Shown here piece by piece: positions 37,058 to 45,124 of a stretch of DNA of 62,813 bases. The translations under genes and the position numbers were made by a program. The notes beneath the pieces were generated by a model, which saw only the letters and a list, made by a program, of their open reading frames with translations, made no database searches and was not told where the DNA came from. Source of the DNA: a virus; IMG/VR virus record IMGVR_UViG_3300025711_000009; one strand, 5' to 3'. How positions within the stretch are numbered: position 1 is the first letter of the stretch; each line of letters starts with the position of its first letter.

Positions 37058-37603
37058 GTGCCGCTGCTCGACCGCCCCGCCCTGTCTGTCGATGACGCTC
37101 GCATGCTGTTGGCGGAGACTCGTCAGGATCCGCTGCTGCATGCGGCCGCATCGCTGATGCTGCTAGCTGGCGCCCGTCCTCAGGAGGCCGCCGAGGCGAC
37201 GATTGCCGACTATGAACCCGGTACGGAGCCCCGCATCTGGCTCGGACAGCGCTGGGTAACCCAACGCCAGGTCTGCATCGCGCCTGCGGCGGCCCGCGCC
37301 CTCGACGAGTACCTGGCTACACAGGACGCAGACCCGGAAGAGCCGCTACTCCTTGGGCTGCAGCGGGTAAATACGGTGCACGACCTGGTCCGGCGCGCCG
37401 GCGTGCACGCGGGCGTCGACGCGGGCGCCCACTCACTGCGGCGGGCGGCCATTGCGGCTGCCTGGGAGGACGGGGCGCCTGCCGGCCACATTGAGGCGTA
37501 CTTCGGCATCAACAAGGCGGTGGACCCGAAGGCGCTGACTAGCCTGCCGGATGGCTATGACGCCGCGATGGCCCGCACCCTCGAGGCCGCATTCGGGGCC
37601 TGA
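37058..37603 (+). CDS. Short tyrosine-recombinase-like protein (catalytic domain only, probably degenerate)
   Basis: GGAGGAGGA RBS then GTG. Has LLAGARPQE (Arg I) and HSLRR (HxxR). No N-terminal core-binding domain, and the Tyr spacing is atypical. Confidence 0.7.
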   Translation: MPLLDRPALSVDDARMLLAETRQDPLLHAAASLMLLAGARPQEAAEATIADYEPGTEPRIWLGQRWVTQRQVCIAPAAARALDEYLATQDADPEEPLLLGLQRVNTVHDLVRRAGVHAGVDAGAHSLRRAAIAAAWEDGAPAGHIEAYFGINKAVDPKALTSLPDGYDAAMARTLEAAFGA

Positions 37604-37786
37604 CCGTCTTGACGCCCGCCTCCGCCCCAGCGGGGGCGGGCTTCTCCGTATCCGGCCCGGCCGAAGCCCTTCCCGCCCAGGTCACGCCTCCTCGTGGCCC
37701 CGGCCGTCACGCCGCCGGGATGCGCGCACGCGCCAGCCGGGTGAAGCTGAAGGAGATCCCGACCCCCTCACATGCAAGGGATAGCC

Positions 37787-38059
37787 ATGATCAAGAAGCT
37801 GCACGAGATGGGCTTGCGAAGCGAGCACGCGTACATGGCAGCGTTCGCCTCGATCGGCCTTTCCATCGCCACATGGATGACGTCCCTCAAGGCCGAACCG
37901 GGGGCCGACCTCGCCCGCGCCGACCGGTGGGGCATCTTCGTCGGCGAATGGGCCCCCACCTTCTTCGGGCTCGGCCTGGCTCTGTCCCACTACGAGCAGT
38001 CGGAAGGCACCCTTCTCGCCAGCGTCAGCGACATCCGCGAGGAACGCGAAGCCATGTAA
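37787..38059 (+). CDS. Small membrane protein (2 TM)
   Basis: Hydrophobic segments AAFASIGLSIATWM and FVGEWAPTFFGLGLAL. Confidence 0.65.
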   Translation: MIKKLHEMGLRSEHAYMAAFASIGLSIATWMTSLKAEPGADLARADRWGIFVGEWAPTFFGLGLALSHYEQSEGTLLASVSDIREEREAM

Positions 38060-38100
38060 ACGACCCGGCTGCCGGTGCCCCGTGGGTACTGGGCGCATCG

Positions 38101-38146
38101 GAACGCCCGCCCCTGGTGACGCTCGGGGCGGGCGTTCTGCTGTATG
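38101..38146. terminator. Strong hairpin between convergent genes
   Basis: GAACGCCCGCCCC-N11-GGGGCGGGCGTTC followed by TGCTGT. Confidence 0.7.
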
Positions 38147-38265
38147 GAATCCGTCCTGTCATATGCCTACCGCTGTCCCGGCCTGCGGGTTTACGGTGTG
38201 CACACCCGATCCCCCCCGGGGGCCGGTGTCCCTCCCGCTCTTCCCCACGGGAGGGCTGCCGCGCG

Positions 38266-38502
38266 TCACGGCCCGTCGGGCTCCTCGTACTCGTGCGGCC
38301 GTCCGCCCTGCCAGGCGATGGCCTCCGAGTCGCCGTACACCAGCTCCTCCGGGTCGGGTACTTCGATCCGCCGCAGGAACTCGATCAGGTCCCGGTCGCT
38401 GTAGGCGATGCCGAGGACGGTGTCGACGCCGGCGATCCGGATCACGACCCGCCGGCCGCCCGACGGGCTGATCCGGTGCACGAGGATCGGCGCATGCTCC
38501 AT
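38266..38502 (-). CDS. Hypothetical protein (78 aa)
   Basis: Downstream partner of 38526-38855; high GC3. Confidence 0.6.
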   Translation of the reverse strand: MEHAPILVHRISPSGGRRVVIRIAGVDTVLGIAYSDRDLIEFLRRIEVPDPEELVYGDSEAIAWQGGRPHEYEEPDGP

Positions 38503-38525
38503 GGATCCAGCCTGCGCGGCCAGGG

Positions 38526-38855
38526 TCAGTCCAGCACCCCGAGCGCCGTGTCGGGCCGGCAGTGCGTGCACGCCTCAACCCCGTCGGCGAGCGCCCGGCG
38601 CGCGGCATCCCGGCTGGCGGGGTGGCAGCGGGAGCGGGTGTCCCAGCAGCCGCCGGCATGGACGCGGACGGGGTGGGCGCCGACACCGATGCCGTGCTCG
38701 ATCAGCCAATCCGGGGGCGGGGAAGGTTCCCGGCGTACCGCGGCTGCTTCCCGCTGCTCGGCTGCCGTGATCTGCTGCCGGACCCGGTCGAGGCTCATGG
38801 CGAGCCACGTCTCCAGGGTGCGGAGACGAGGCAGGTCGGGAGGCAGATCGGACAC
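38526..38855 (-). CDS. DUF6233-like protein (start uncertain)
   Basis: LPPDLPRLRTLETWL... and C-terminal VHAGGCW...ACTHCRPD. The first ATG at 38945 would overlap the divergent gene's start, so the GTG at 38855 is preferred. Confidence 0.65.
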   Translation of the reverse strand: MSDLPPDLPRLRTLETWLAMSLDRVRQQITAAEQREAAAVRREPSPPPDWLIEHGIGVGAHPVRVHAGGCWDTRSRCHPASRDAARRALADGVEACTHCRPDTALGVLD

Positions 38856-38943
38856 AAGTTCGATTCTACGTCGATCGGCGCACACCTTGACATCAAATAC
38901 CCCCCATCGGTATCCATAACTACACAAAACGACTGGAGGACTC

Positions 38944-39366
38944 ATGGCTGACGCCCTACCCCACGACCACTACATGGATTTCGTCGCCCACCAGCTGGCG
39001 GCCTACGGAATCGAACCCGGCCGCTGCTGGACCGAAACCCCCGACGGCCTGCAGCTCGACGCCGTGTTCCTCGACTGGCCGGCCGGTACCGTCAACGCCG
39101 AACACTGGCCGCACGACGTGGCTCTCGCGTGGGACCAGAACCGCGGCTGGATGCTCATCGAGCAAGGCGGCGGCCGAACCGTATGGCCGCTATCCAAGGA
39201 CTCCGGCACCTACACCCACCCCCGGCAGATCGCCGCCGACACGATGACCCGCCTCTACCGCGGCATGGACGACTACTACAGTCCCGGCCCCGTCACCATC
39301 GCCGGGCCCCGCTGGGACGGCCAGGCGGTGCACGAGGCTGTGACGGCTTGGGAGGCCGCCGAATAG
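38944..39366 (+). CDS. Hypothetical protein (140 aa)
   Basis: GGAGGA RBS. Divergent from 38526-38855. A TTGACA box lies at 38886-38891. Confidence 0.7.
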   Translation: MADALPHDHYMDFVAHQLAAYGIEPGRCWTETPDGLQLDAVFLDWPAGTVNAEHWPHDVALAWDQNRGWMLIEQGGGRTVWPLSKDSGTYTHPRQIAADTMTRLYRGMDDYYSPGPVTIAGPRWDGQAVHEAVTAWEAAE

Positions 39367-39381
39367 CCGGTCAGACGCGAC

Positions 39382-39414
39382 GATGCCCCGCCCATTCGAC
39401 CTGGGCGGGGCATC
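39382..39414. terminator. Hairpin between convergent genes
   Basis: GATGCCCCGCCC-N9-GGGCGGGGCATC. Confidence 0.55.
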
Positions 39415-39569
39415 TGCACGTCAGCGTACCGGCCCGTTGTCAGTGGCCGCGGCTAGCCTGTTCGTATCCCATTCACGGGTTGAGGCAAAGGCTGCGCCTC
39501 GTGCTCGCTCCGCCCTACCGGACCCCGCCCCAGGGGACAGCGCCCGGTGGGGCGGACGCACGTCAGGCC

Positions 39570-39716
39570 TCAGGCCGCCAGCTCCTGCTCAGCACGGACC
39601 GCCTCAGCCCACTCGACGACCAGCTGCTGGTAGCGGTCAACGTCCTCGGCCGCCAGCGAACCACCCGCCCACAGCTGGCGGATCTCGGCGTTCACGACCT
39701 CCGCGGACCGGATCAT
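39570..39716 (-). CDS. Small protein (48 aa) downstream of XRE regulator
   Basis: Not in the track. High GC3. Starts 9 nt after the upstream TAA. Confidence 0.5.
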   Translation of the reverse strand: MIRSAEVVNAEIRQLWAGGSLAAEDVDRYQQLVVEWAEAVRAEQELAA

Positions 39717-39725
39717 GTGCCGATC

Positions 39726-40481
39726 TTACGAGCCGCCACCGACACCCGGAACTGGCCGCCCGCCTTCCCACAGGGCGTCTACGTGCTGCGCGAACCGGTC
39801 GAAGAGGCCGTCGGCCTGTACCCGGCGCAGGTGCAGCATCGGCGACTCGTGCCCGAGGAGGTTCGCGATGTGCGGCGTCACCAGCATCTCGTCGTCGAAG
39901 ATGAACGCACTGAGCGCGATGTGATCGTCCGAGAAGCGCGCCTCGAGGCCCGGCAGCGGGCCCATCTGCTGCAGCTGGGCCAACGTCATCCGGATGCGCG
40001 TGCCGACCGTCAGCGGGTTGTTCTCGACCTGCTCGCGCTTGCGGGTGATCTCCGACTCCGGATCTCCGACTAGGAAGCGGACCTGGACGCCGGCCTCCGC
40101 CTTGGCGCGTAGCCGCTCGGCGGCCTTCGGCTGCTCCTGCCAGATGAAGTAGTTCGTGTACCCGGCGAACACGATCCGCCGCTTCGCCCCGTCGATCAGC
40201 GACGACCACACGGTGGGCGGGCAGGTGTTCCGGTAGGCGTAGGTACCGGCGACCTCCCGGTCCGTACCGGTCTTGATCGCATCCCTGACGGCCTTCGGCC
40301 AGAGCATTTCCGCACTCACTCCCAACACCTCGGCGACCGCGGCCCGAGCCTCAGCCCGCGGCACGCGCGCCTCTGAAGCCAGCCACCTGTCGACCGTCTT
40401 CCCCGCGACGCCGACCTTACGGGCCAGGCTTGAGCGGGTCATCCCGGCCCCGCTCATGGCGTCTCTGAGTGCGACGTTCAC
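39726..40481 (-). CDS. XRE-family HTH regulator with large C-terminal domain (DUF5919-like)
   Basis: GTG start after GGGGGA. HTH MTRSSLARKVGVAGKTVDRWL. About 180 aa of C-terminal domain. Confidence 0.85.
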   Translation of the reverse strand: MNVALRDAMSGAGMTRSSLARKVGVAGKTVDRWLASEARVPRAEARAAVAEVLGVSAEMLWPKAVRDAIKTGTDREVAGTYAYRNTCPPTVWSSLIDGAKRRIVFAGYTNYFIWQEQPKAAERLRAKAEAGVQVRFLVGDPESEITRKREQVENNPLTVGTRIRMTLAQLQQMGPLPGLEARFSDDHIALSAFIFDDEMLVTPHIANLLGHESPMLHLRRVQADGLFDRFAQHVDALWEGGRPVPGVGGGS

Positions 40482-40592
40482 GAATCCCCCCAGGGCGGTC
40501 TGCACGGTGTACGGCGACCGTATCCGGGGAGCGTCCCGGGTGTCCCGGAAAGGACGGTAGAAGCGTCCCCGCGGGCCGGGCAGAGTACGGGC

Positions 40593-40793
40593 ATGAGCAA
40601 GCCGCCATCTTCTCCCCTTCCCCCGCTCCCGCCGGTCGCCGACCTGTCGGAGCAGCAAGTCCGCGGGACCGCCTGCGTGTACTGCGGCGTCCACCTCGGG
40701 CCCACGGCTGTCGATCTCGGCGAGCGTAAGGCCGGCCGGGCGGGCGACAGCGTCTCCTGGTTGCCGCGGGCCTGCCGACTGCCGCACCCCTAA
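40593..40793 (+). CDS. Small Pro/Cys-containing protein (66 aa)
   Basis: Divergent from the XRE gene; GC3 about 80 percent by eye. Confidence 0.5.
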   Translation: MSKPPSSPLPPLPPVADLSEQQVRGTACVYCGVHLGPTAVDLGERKAGRAGDSVSWLPRACRLPHP

Positions 40794-40796
40794 GCT

Positions 40797-40834
40797 CCCG
40801 CCCCTCCCGCTGCGGCGGCTACGGGAGGGGCGGG
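40797..40834. terminator. 13-bp-stem hairpin
   Basis: CCCGCCCCTCCCG-N12-CGGGAGGGGCGGG, with no T-tract. Confidence 0.5.
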
Positions 40835-40898
40835 TACCAGCCAAGTCCCGAGTTACTGAATGGTTGACTCCGGTTCAACTCGATCGTAGGTTCGACCC

Positions 40899-40926
40899 GT
40901 GACAGGGGTGACAGGCGGGACAGGGC
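40899..40926. repeat. Three 9-bp-phased GACAGG direct repeats
   Basis: gtGACAGGggtGACAGGcggGACAGGgc. An AT-rich tatagatatat stretch lies about 40 bp downstream. Confidence 0.6.
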
Positions 40927-41057
40927 TGGCAAAAGTTACAGATTCACACAGGGTGCGAACCCAACGTATAGATATATGCGCCACGCACCCTTCCCGTAGT
41001 GGCATATGCCAGGCAGGATGAAGACGTTCCGCGTGGCCGAAACAGGGCATGCGGGAG

Positions 41058-41291
41058 CTACGGCATGAGGTCCCTTGCCGGAACTCGTAGTGCGGCGGCG
41101 ATACGGAAGAGGTGACTGAGCTTGAGATCGTTCTGACCAAGCTCGGCACGCTGAACCGTTGACCGGTCCACCTCGGCGCAGTGAGCCAATTCCTCTTGCG
41201 TCATTTCAGCGGCCATCCGAGCGTCGCGAATTCTCAGGCCTACCCGCCGGCGGGCATCGAGGATCCAGTCGGGTTGGTCTGCGGGACGCAC
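41058..41291 (-). CDS. XRE-family HTH protein
   Basis: 77 aa with MTQEELAHCAEVDRSTVQRAELG. Confidence 0.85.
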   Translation of the reverse strand: MRPADQPDWILDARRRVGLRIRDARMAAEMTQEELAHCAEVDRSTVQRAELGQNDLKLSHLFRIAAALRVPARDLMP

Positions 41292-41457
41292 CTACAAAAA
41301 CTGAACCGAAGATCATCGTAAGTCAGCAGCTATCTAGCCGCTTCGCTGACTCATTCCGATTGGGCTCGGCTTAAGGCTGCCCAATCCCGGAGATGACCGT
41401 CGGCCGGCTGCGGCACCCCCCTCGGCGGCCGACCGACGGCAACACTCCCCCAAGAAC

Positions 41458-41508
41458 GCCGAAGCCGGAGTGCAGTCCACCCCCCAAGGTGAGCACTCCG
41501 GCTTCGGC
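41458..41508. terminator. Perfect 16-bp-stem hairpin
   Basis: GCCGAAGCCGGAGTGC-N19-GCACTCCGGCTTCGGC followed by TTGTTCG. Confidence 0.5.
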
Positions 41509-41510
41509 TT

Positions 41511-41531
41511 GTTCGAATCCCTCAACCTCCA
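41511..41531 (+). other. tRNA 3'-end-like segment (candidate attP core)
   Basis: GTTCGAATCCCTCAACCTCCA matches T-loop, T-stem and acceptor 3' strand. No matching 5' half is present. Confidence 0.3.
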
Positions 41532-41573
41532 TGGGAGACACATGGGAGTTGATCATGGTGAACAACCGCGCGA

Positions 41574-41603
41574 TACCGCTAAGAACCGCTAGGATCCGCT
41601 AGA
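41574..41603. promoter_or_regulatory. Three tandem 10-bp CCGCTA repeats (operator/arm-type sites)
   Basis: taCCGCTAag aaCCGCTAgg atCCGCTAga. Confidence 0.6.
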
Positions 41604-41734
41604 TTAAAGAGGGATCGCCGCAGGTCAAACCCGCATGTCAGCAGGTCAGGGTCAGACCTTCGGCTGCTGCTGGGTGATGCAGTGGATACCGCCAGAAGAT
41701 CCCCGCTGGACGCTGCGGCCTGCGCACACCTTGA

Positions 41735-43045
41735 TCAGTGTGCCTCAGATGGGAGAACAATGGGAGGCGCTACCTTCCTCGCCCGCTCCGTCTTCTCCCA
41801 CCGCTTCTGCAGCACGTCGATGACCTGCTGCTCCATCGCAGGCGTCACGTCAGAGTAGACGCCCCGGACCCCCTGCAGAATGTGACCGAGCCTCTCCTCG
41901 ATAGCCACCGCCGGCACTCCCATCTCCTCAAGCATGGGCGAGTGTGCGTGCCTCATCAGGTGGATGCGGCGGCCCGCGAACGACGGCACCTTGGGCATCT
42001 TGTCCCTGGCGTAGCGCCCAGTCCGCTGGTCAGAGCCATCTCGCACGGGCTTCCAGTAGTACGTGTGGAAGTCGGTGGTCAGCAGAGGGCCGCCGCTGAT
42101 TGCCGGGAACAGCCACTCGGAATCATGACTGTCGAGCAACTGCTGATGCAGTGCTGCGAGAAAGGGTGGAATTACCAAGCTCCTCTCGGACCCGTACTTT
42201 GGAAGCGCCAGGACGGGCACGCCCTTCTCGTCCGGGCGGGCCGGGTCCTTGCGGTACTTGTGCTGCCACTGCACCCGGATGACCGGCATCGGCTTCTTGC
42301 CGCAGTAGCGCAGGAGGGCTTTCTCCCGGCGCTTTCGGTCTTCGTCACACTCGGGCCAGTTGGGGCCGACGAACTCTCGCCTAAGTCCGTACATCTCCCC
42401 TACACGCATCCCGGTGTAGGCCTTGGTCAGCATGAAGACATAGCCCGTAAGGCCCCAGACCTGGCGCGCATTGTCGGCCAGCTGATGTAGGTCTGCTGTC
42501 GGAACGGTTTCCTTCTCTTCACGCTCCGGACGCACGTACCGGCCGCGGCGCCTGTTCTCCTTGGGGACTGGAGACTCCGGGATCAGCGCCGGCTTGTGGG
42601 ATGCCGCATCATCCATGATCATACAGAAGAGGACTTTGAGATCGCGCACATAGTTCGCGGAGTACTTCTCTTTGAGGCTCTTCATCCAGAGCTGGTAACC
42701 AAGCGTCGTGATTGCATTGACCGGCTCCTCGCCCCACTTGGGCAGGATCTGTGCCCTCAACCGCTTTCGATAGAGGTGCACGGACGTCGGATCCAGGTCG
42801 CGCGACTTGAGCCAGAGGTTGGCCCAATGCTTGAACAGGATCGATCCGTCGGCCTTTACGACGAGGCGCCCGTTGCGGGCGTCCGACTCGCGGTCCAGGC
42901 CGTAGTTCAGGGCCGCCTCTTCATCCCAGTCCTCGCTGGGCATGCCTGACTTGTAGCCGTAGATCTTTCTACCGGTGTCGGGGTTGACCCGCCCGGTGTC
43001 CCACTTGACGCGGAGGCTGTTGCCCCGCCATTCCGTCCATGGCAT
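41735..43045 (-). CDS. int: Tyrosine integrase
   Basis: 436 aa. TGMRVGEM (Arg I), HLMRHAH (HxxR) and LGHILQGVRGVYSDV (His/Tyr). Confidence 0.95.
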   Translation of the reverse strand: MPWTEWRGNSLRVKWDTGRVNPDTGRKIYGYKSGMPSEDWDEEAALNYGLDRESDARNGRLVVKADGSILFKHWANLWLKSRDLDPTSVHLYRKRLRAQILPKWGEEPVNAITTLGYQLWMKSLKEKYSANYVRDLKVLFCMIMDDAASHKPALIPESPVPKENRRRGRYVRPEREEKETVPTADLHQLADNARQVWGLTGYVFMLTKAYTGMRVGEMYGLRREFVGPNWPECDEDRKRREKALLRYCGKKPMPVIRVQWQHKYRKDPARPDEKGVPVLALPKYGSERSLVIPPFLAALHQQLLDSHDSEWLFPAISGGPLLTTDFHTYYWKPVRDGSDQRTGRYARDKMPKVPSFAGRRIHLMRHAHSPMLEEMGVPAVAIEERLGHILQGVRGVYSDVTPAMEQQVIDVLQKRWEKTERARKVAPPIVLPSEAH

Positions 43046-43463
43046 GAGGACCCCTTGCGGTGGTGTTGCGGGTTCCCGGCTGGCACCCCTGCCACCGGGT
43101 CTCCGCACCTACTGGTCAGGCGCTGCTCTGCCCCACCGGGCAGCCGCCGCATCCCTCACAGTCTCCTCCGCTACGCCTCACGGTCTCACGCATGGACTGC
43201 CGGGCGGCGGCGTCCTTCGTGATCGTGGGAGGCGCCACGCAGACCATTCTCCCATCGGCTGATCCGGACCAACCCGCAAACGTCGGTCCGATGTCCATGA
43301 GTAGCAGGTGTCTGCGCACACCGATTCCCCCCTTCCGGGACTGGGAATCCCCCAAGGTGATGCTTCGACTCTCCCACGTGTGGGGCTGGTTGGAACCTGT
43401 GTGAGCCAGATTGACTGTCACATTTTCAACATCGCGAAAGGTTGTACGACAAAGGGCTGAGTT

Positions 43464-43886
43464 TCAGAGGATCCCGCGCTCGCGGAGCTCCTCCATGACT
43501 CGGCGGTTCAGCTCGAGGATCTGATCCCCGGTCATGTCCCCCTTCGTCGCGAGGGCGGCGCTCTGCACGGCGTCGCCGAAGACGCGCTCGAGCTCCCGCT
43601 TGGGGATCCGGGAGATCTGGACGACCTCACCCCCCTCTTGCACAACCTCCACGGCGATGGCGTCGCCGCCTTGAAGCACCGCCACGCAGCCGCCGGACGC
43701 CCACTGGAGGGCGCGATCGACGGCCGCGTAGGTGGTGTCGCGCACCTTCAGGCCGGCTTCCACCCGCTTCCAGGTGTCCTTGCTGATACCTGCGAGCTTG
43801 GCGGCCGGCTCGATGCCCAGCCTGAGCTCCGTGCGGCGCTTGCGGACGGCTGTCGCAAGGGCCATGAGGTCGCGGTCCATAGGCAC
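43464..43886 (-). CDS. CI-like immunity repressor (HTH)
   Basis: 140 aa. IEPAAKLAGISKDTWKRVEAG. Divergent from the cro-like gene. Confidence 0.85.
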   Translation of the reverse strand: MPMDRDLMALATAVRKRRTELRLGIEPAAKLAGISKDTWKRVEAGLKVRDTTYAAVDRALQWASGGCVAVLQGGDAIAVEVVQEGGEVVQISRIPKRELERVFGDAVQSAALATKGDMTGDQILELNRRVMEELRERGIL

Positions 43887-43899
43887 ATAGTGGCAGGAC

Positions 43900-44060
43900 C
43901 CGCTAGGACCGGCCAGGACCAGGGGGTAAAGCGGCTAGAACGCGCCGGTCTACTGCGACCACGCGCCGCGCATGCTCCCGCACCCAAGGCTACTGACGGG
44001 TACAAGCTTCCGCGAACTTCCGCTAACTTCCGCTAGACAAGGACCGCTACCTCCGGCTAG
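43900..44060. promoter_or_regulatory. Switch region with at least 5 CCGCTA-type sites, three in 10-bp tandem
   Basis: cCCGCTAgg; cttCCGCGAa cttCCGCTAa cttCCGCTAg; gaCCGCTAcc; CCGGCTAG. Confidence 0.6.
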
Positions 44061-44069
44061 CTTTGAGGC

Positions 44070-44312
44070 ATGGAAAGACCCCCCACCTACCAGGTGAACG
44101 GGGCAGTAATCCGCTCGGTCCGCATGCAGGCAGGACGCGGCACGAACGAAGTGGCACAGGCGGCCGGCATAAGCCAGCGCTACCTGAACCACCTCGAAAA
44201 CGGCTACCGCAAGCAGATGCGACCAGCGCCTTACGTCCGGCTCCGCACAGCCCTTGGCCTTGAGCCAGACGACGAGCGCCTCCTCGATGAGGCCCCCAAC
44301 GAAAGAAGGTGA
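44070..44312 (+). CDS. Cro-like XRE HTH protein
   Basis: 80 aa with NEVAQAAGISQRYLNHLENG. Confidence 0.85.
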   Translation: MERPPTYQVNGAVIRSVRMQAGRGTNEVAQAAGISQRYLNHLENGYRKQMRPAPYVRLRTALGLEPDDERLLDEAPNERR

Positions 44313-44313
44313 C

Positions 44314-44607
44314 ATGTCCACCCGCAGGATCGACACGCAGAAGTTCCAGCCCCTCTACAACGTGAAAGAAGCCGCTGACCTGCTTCTTCGCCTGAAGGGC
44401 GAAGAACACAAGAAGGAAAGCGAGGCAGGCCAGCGCTGGCTTCGCGACGGCGTCAACCACAAGGGCTTCCCTCACTACCGCGTCGGCCGACGCCTCATGT
44501 TCACCGAGGCGGACCTGATCACGATCGTCGAGGACTTCTGCCGGGTCCCCGGCACGTACCGCCGTCCGCGGCGCACCAATCGGAAGCCGGCCACCTCCGC
44601 CGCCTAA
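44314..44607 (+). CDS. xis: Excisionase-family HTH DNA-binding protein
   Basis: 97 aa. YNVKEAADLL...FPHYRVGRRLMFTEADL. GAAGG RBS. Confidence 0.8.
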   Translation: MSTRRIDTQKFQPLYNVKEAADLLLRLKGEEHKKESEAGQRWLRDGVNHKGFPHYRVGRRLMFTEADLITIVEDFCRVPGTYRRPRRTNRKPATSAA

Positions 44608-44705
44608 GCGGCATGCGGCCCCGACCAGCGGGCTTCGACACACCGCCGGCCGAGGCCTCCCGATCCACCCCTCACCTGCACGCATCTGCAAGGAGAAGAG
44701 GACCC

Positions 44706-44915
44706 GTGAACCACATGATGCCCGATCCGGTCGTGGACCTGATCGAATCCCGCTACCCGGAGCGCATCCGCGAGGCCGCGCAGGAGATGCGCAAGACCCG
44801 CTGGCAGTTCCTGCTTCCGGAGTCGATCGAGGCCCGCGAGAAGTCGATCTCCACTATGGCACGCGCGGCGAAGGTGCTGGCGACGTACCCGCAGCCGACG
44901 GAGGTCGTCCGATGA
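44706..44915 (+). CDS. Hypothetical protein (69 aa)
   Basis: AAGGAG RBS, GTG start. Confidence 0.6.
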   Translation: MNHMMPDPVVDLIESRYPERIREAAQEMRKTRWQFLLPESIEAREKSISTMARAAKVLATYPQPTEVVR

Positions 44916-45124
44916 GCGCCCGCGAAGAGCTGTTCCGGCGAGTGTCCGGAGCCTTCATCGACGACGCCAAGGCGAACGCCCTGCTCGACGCCTACCGAGC
45001 CGAGGTGCTGGCTGAGGCCGCCGATCAGATGGCCGAGCTTCTCAAGGACACCCCCGAGTACGGGCCGTGGGTCGCCGACCAGCTCCGCAACATGGCCACC
45101 GAGGCCGGTGAGTCTCGTGGCTGA
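44912..45124 (+). CDS. Hypothetical protein (70 aa), paralog family member 1
   Basis: ATGA overlap; DAYRAEVLAEAA; ends in GESRG. Confidence 0.65.
   Translation: MSAREELFRRVSGAFIDDAKANALLDAYRAEVLAEAADQMAELLKDTPEYGPWVADQLRNMATEAGESRG

Noticed and set aside
37609-38919. 436-aa + strand ORF across the accessory island
   Set aside because: It crosses two strong hairpins and overlaps better-supported genes on both strands (37787-38059 +, 38266-38855 -). Its translation is Arg/Pro-rich.
41393-41602. 69-aa + ORF between xre and int
   Set aside because: It runs through the 16-bp hairpin, the tRNA-like segment and the CCGCTA repeats. The translation is Pro/Arg/Thr-rich and there is no RBS. The region is more likely regulatory or attP.
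43060-43421. Overlapping 114-aa (+) and 101-aa (-) ORFs upstream of int
   Set aside because: GC3 is only about 70 percent by eye, clearly lower than in real genes here, with no RBS or recognisable motifs. I left the region unannotated; it may be attP/regulatory DNA or a poorly adapted gene.
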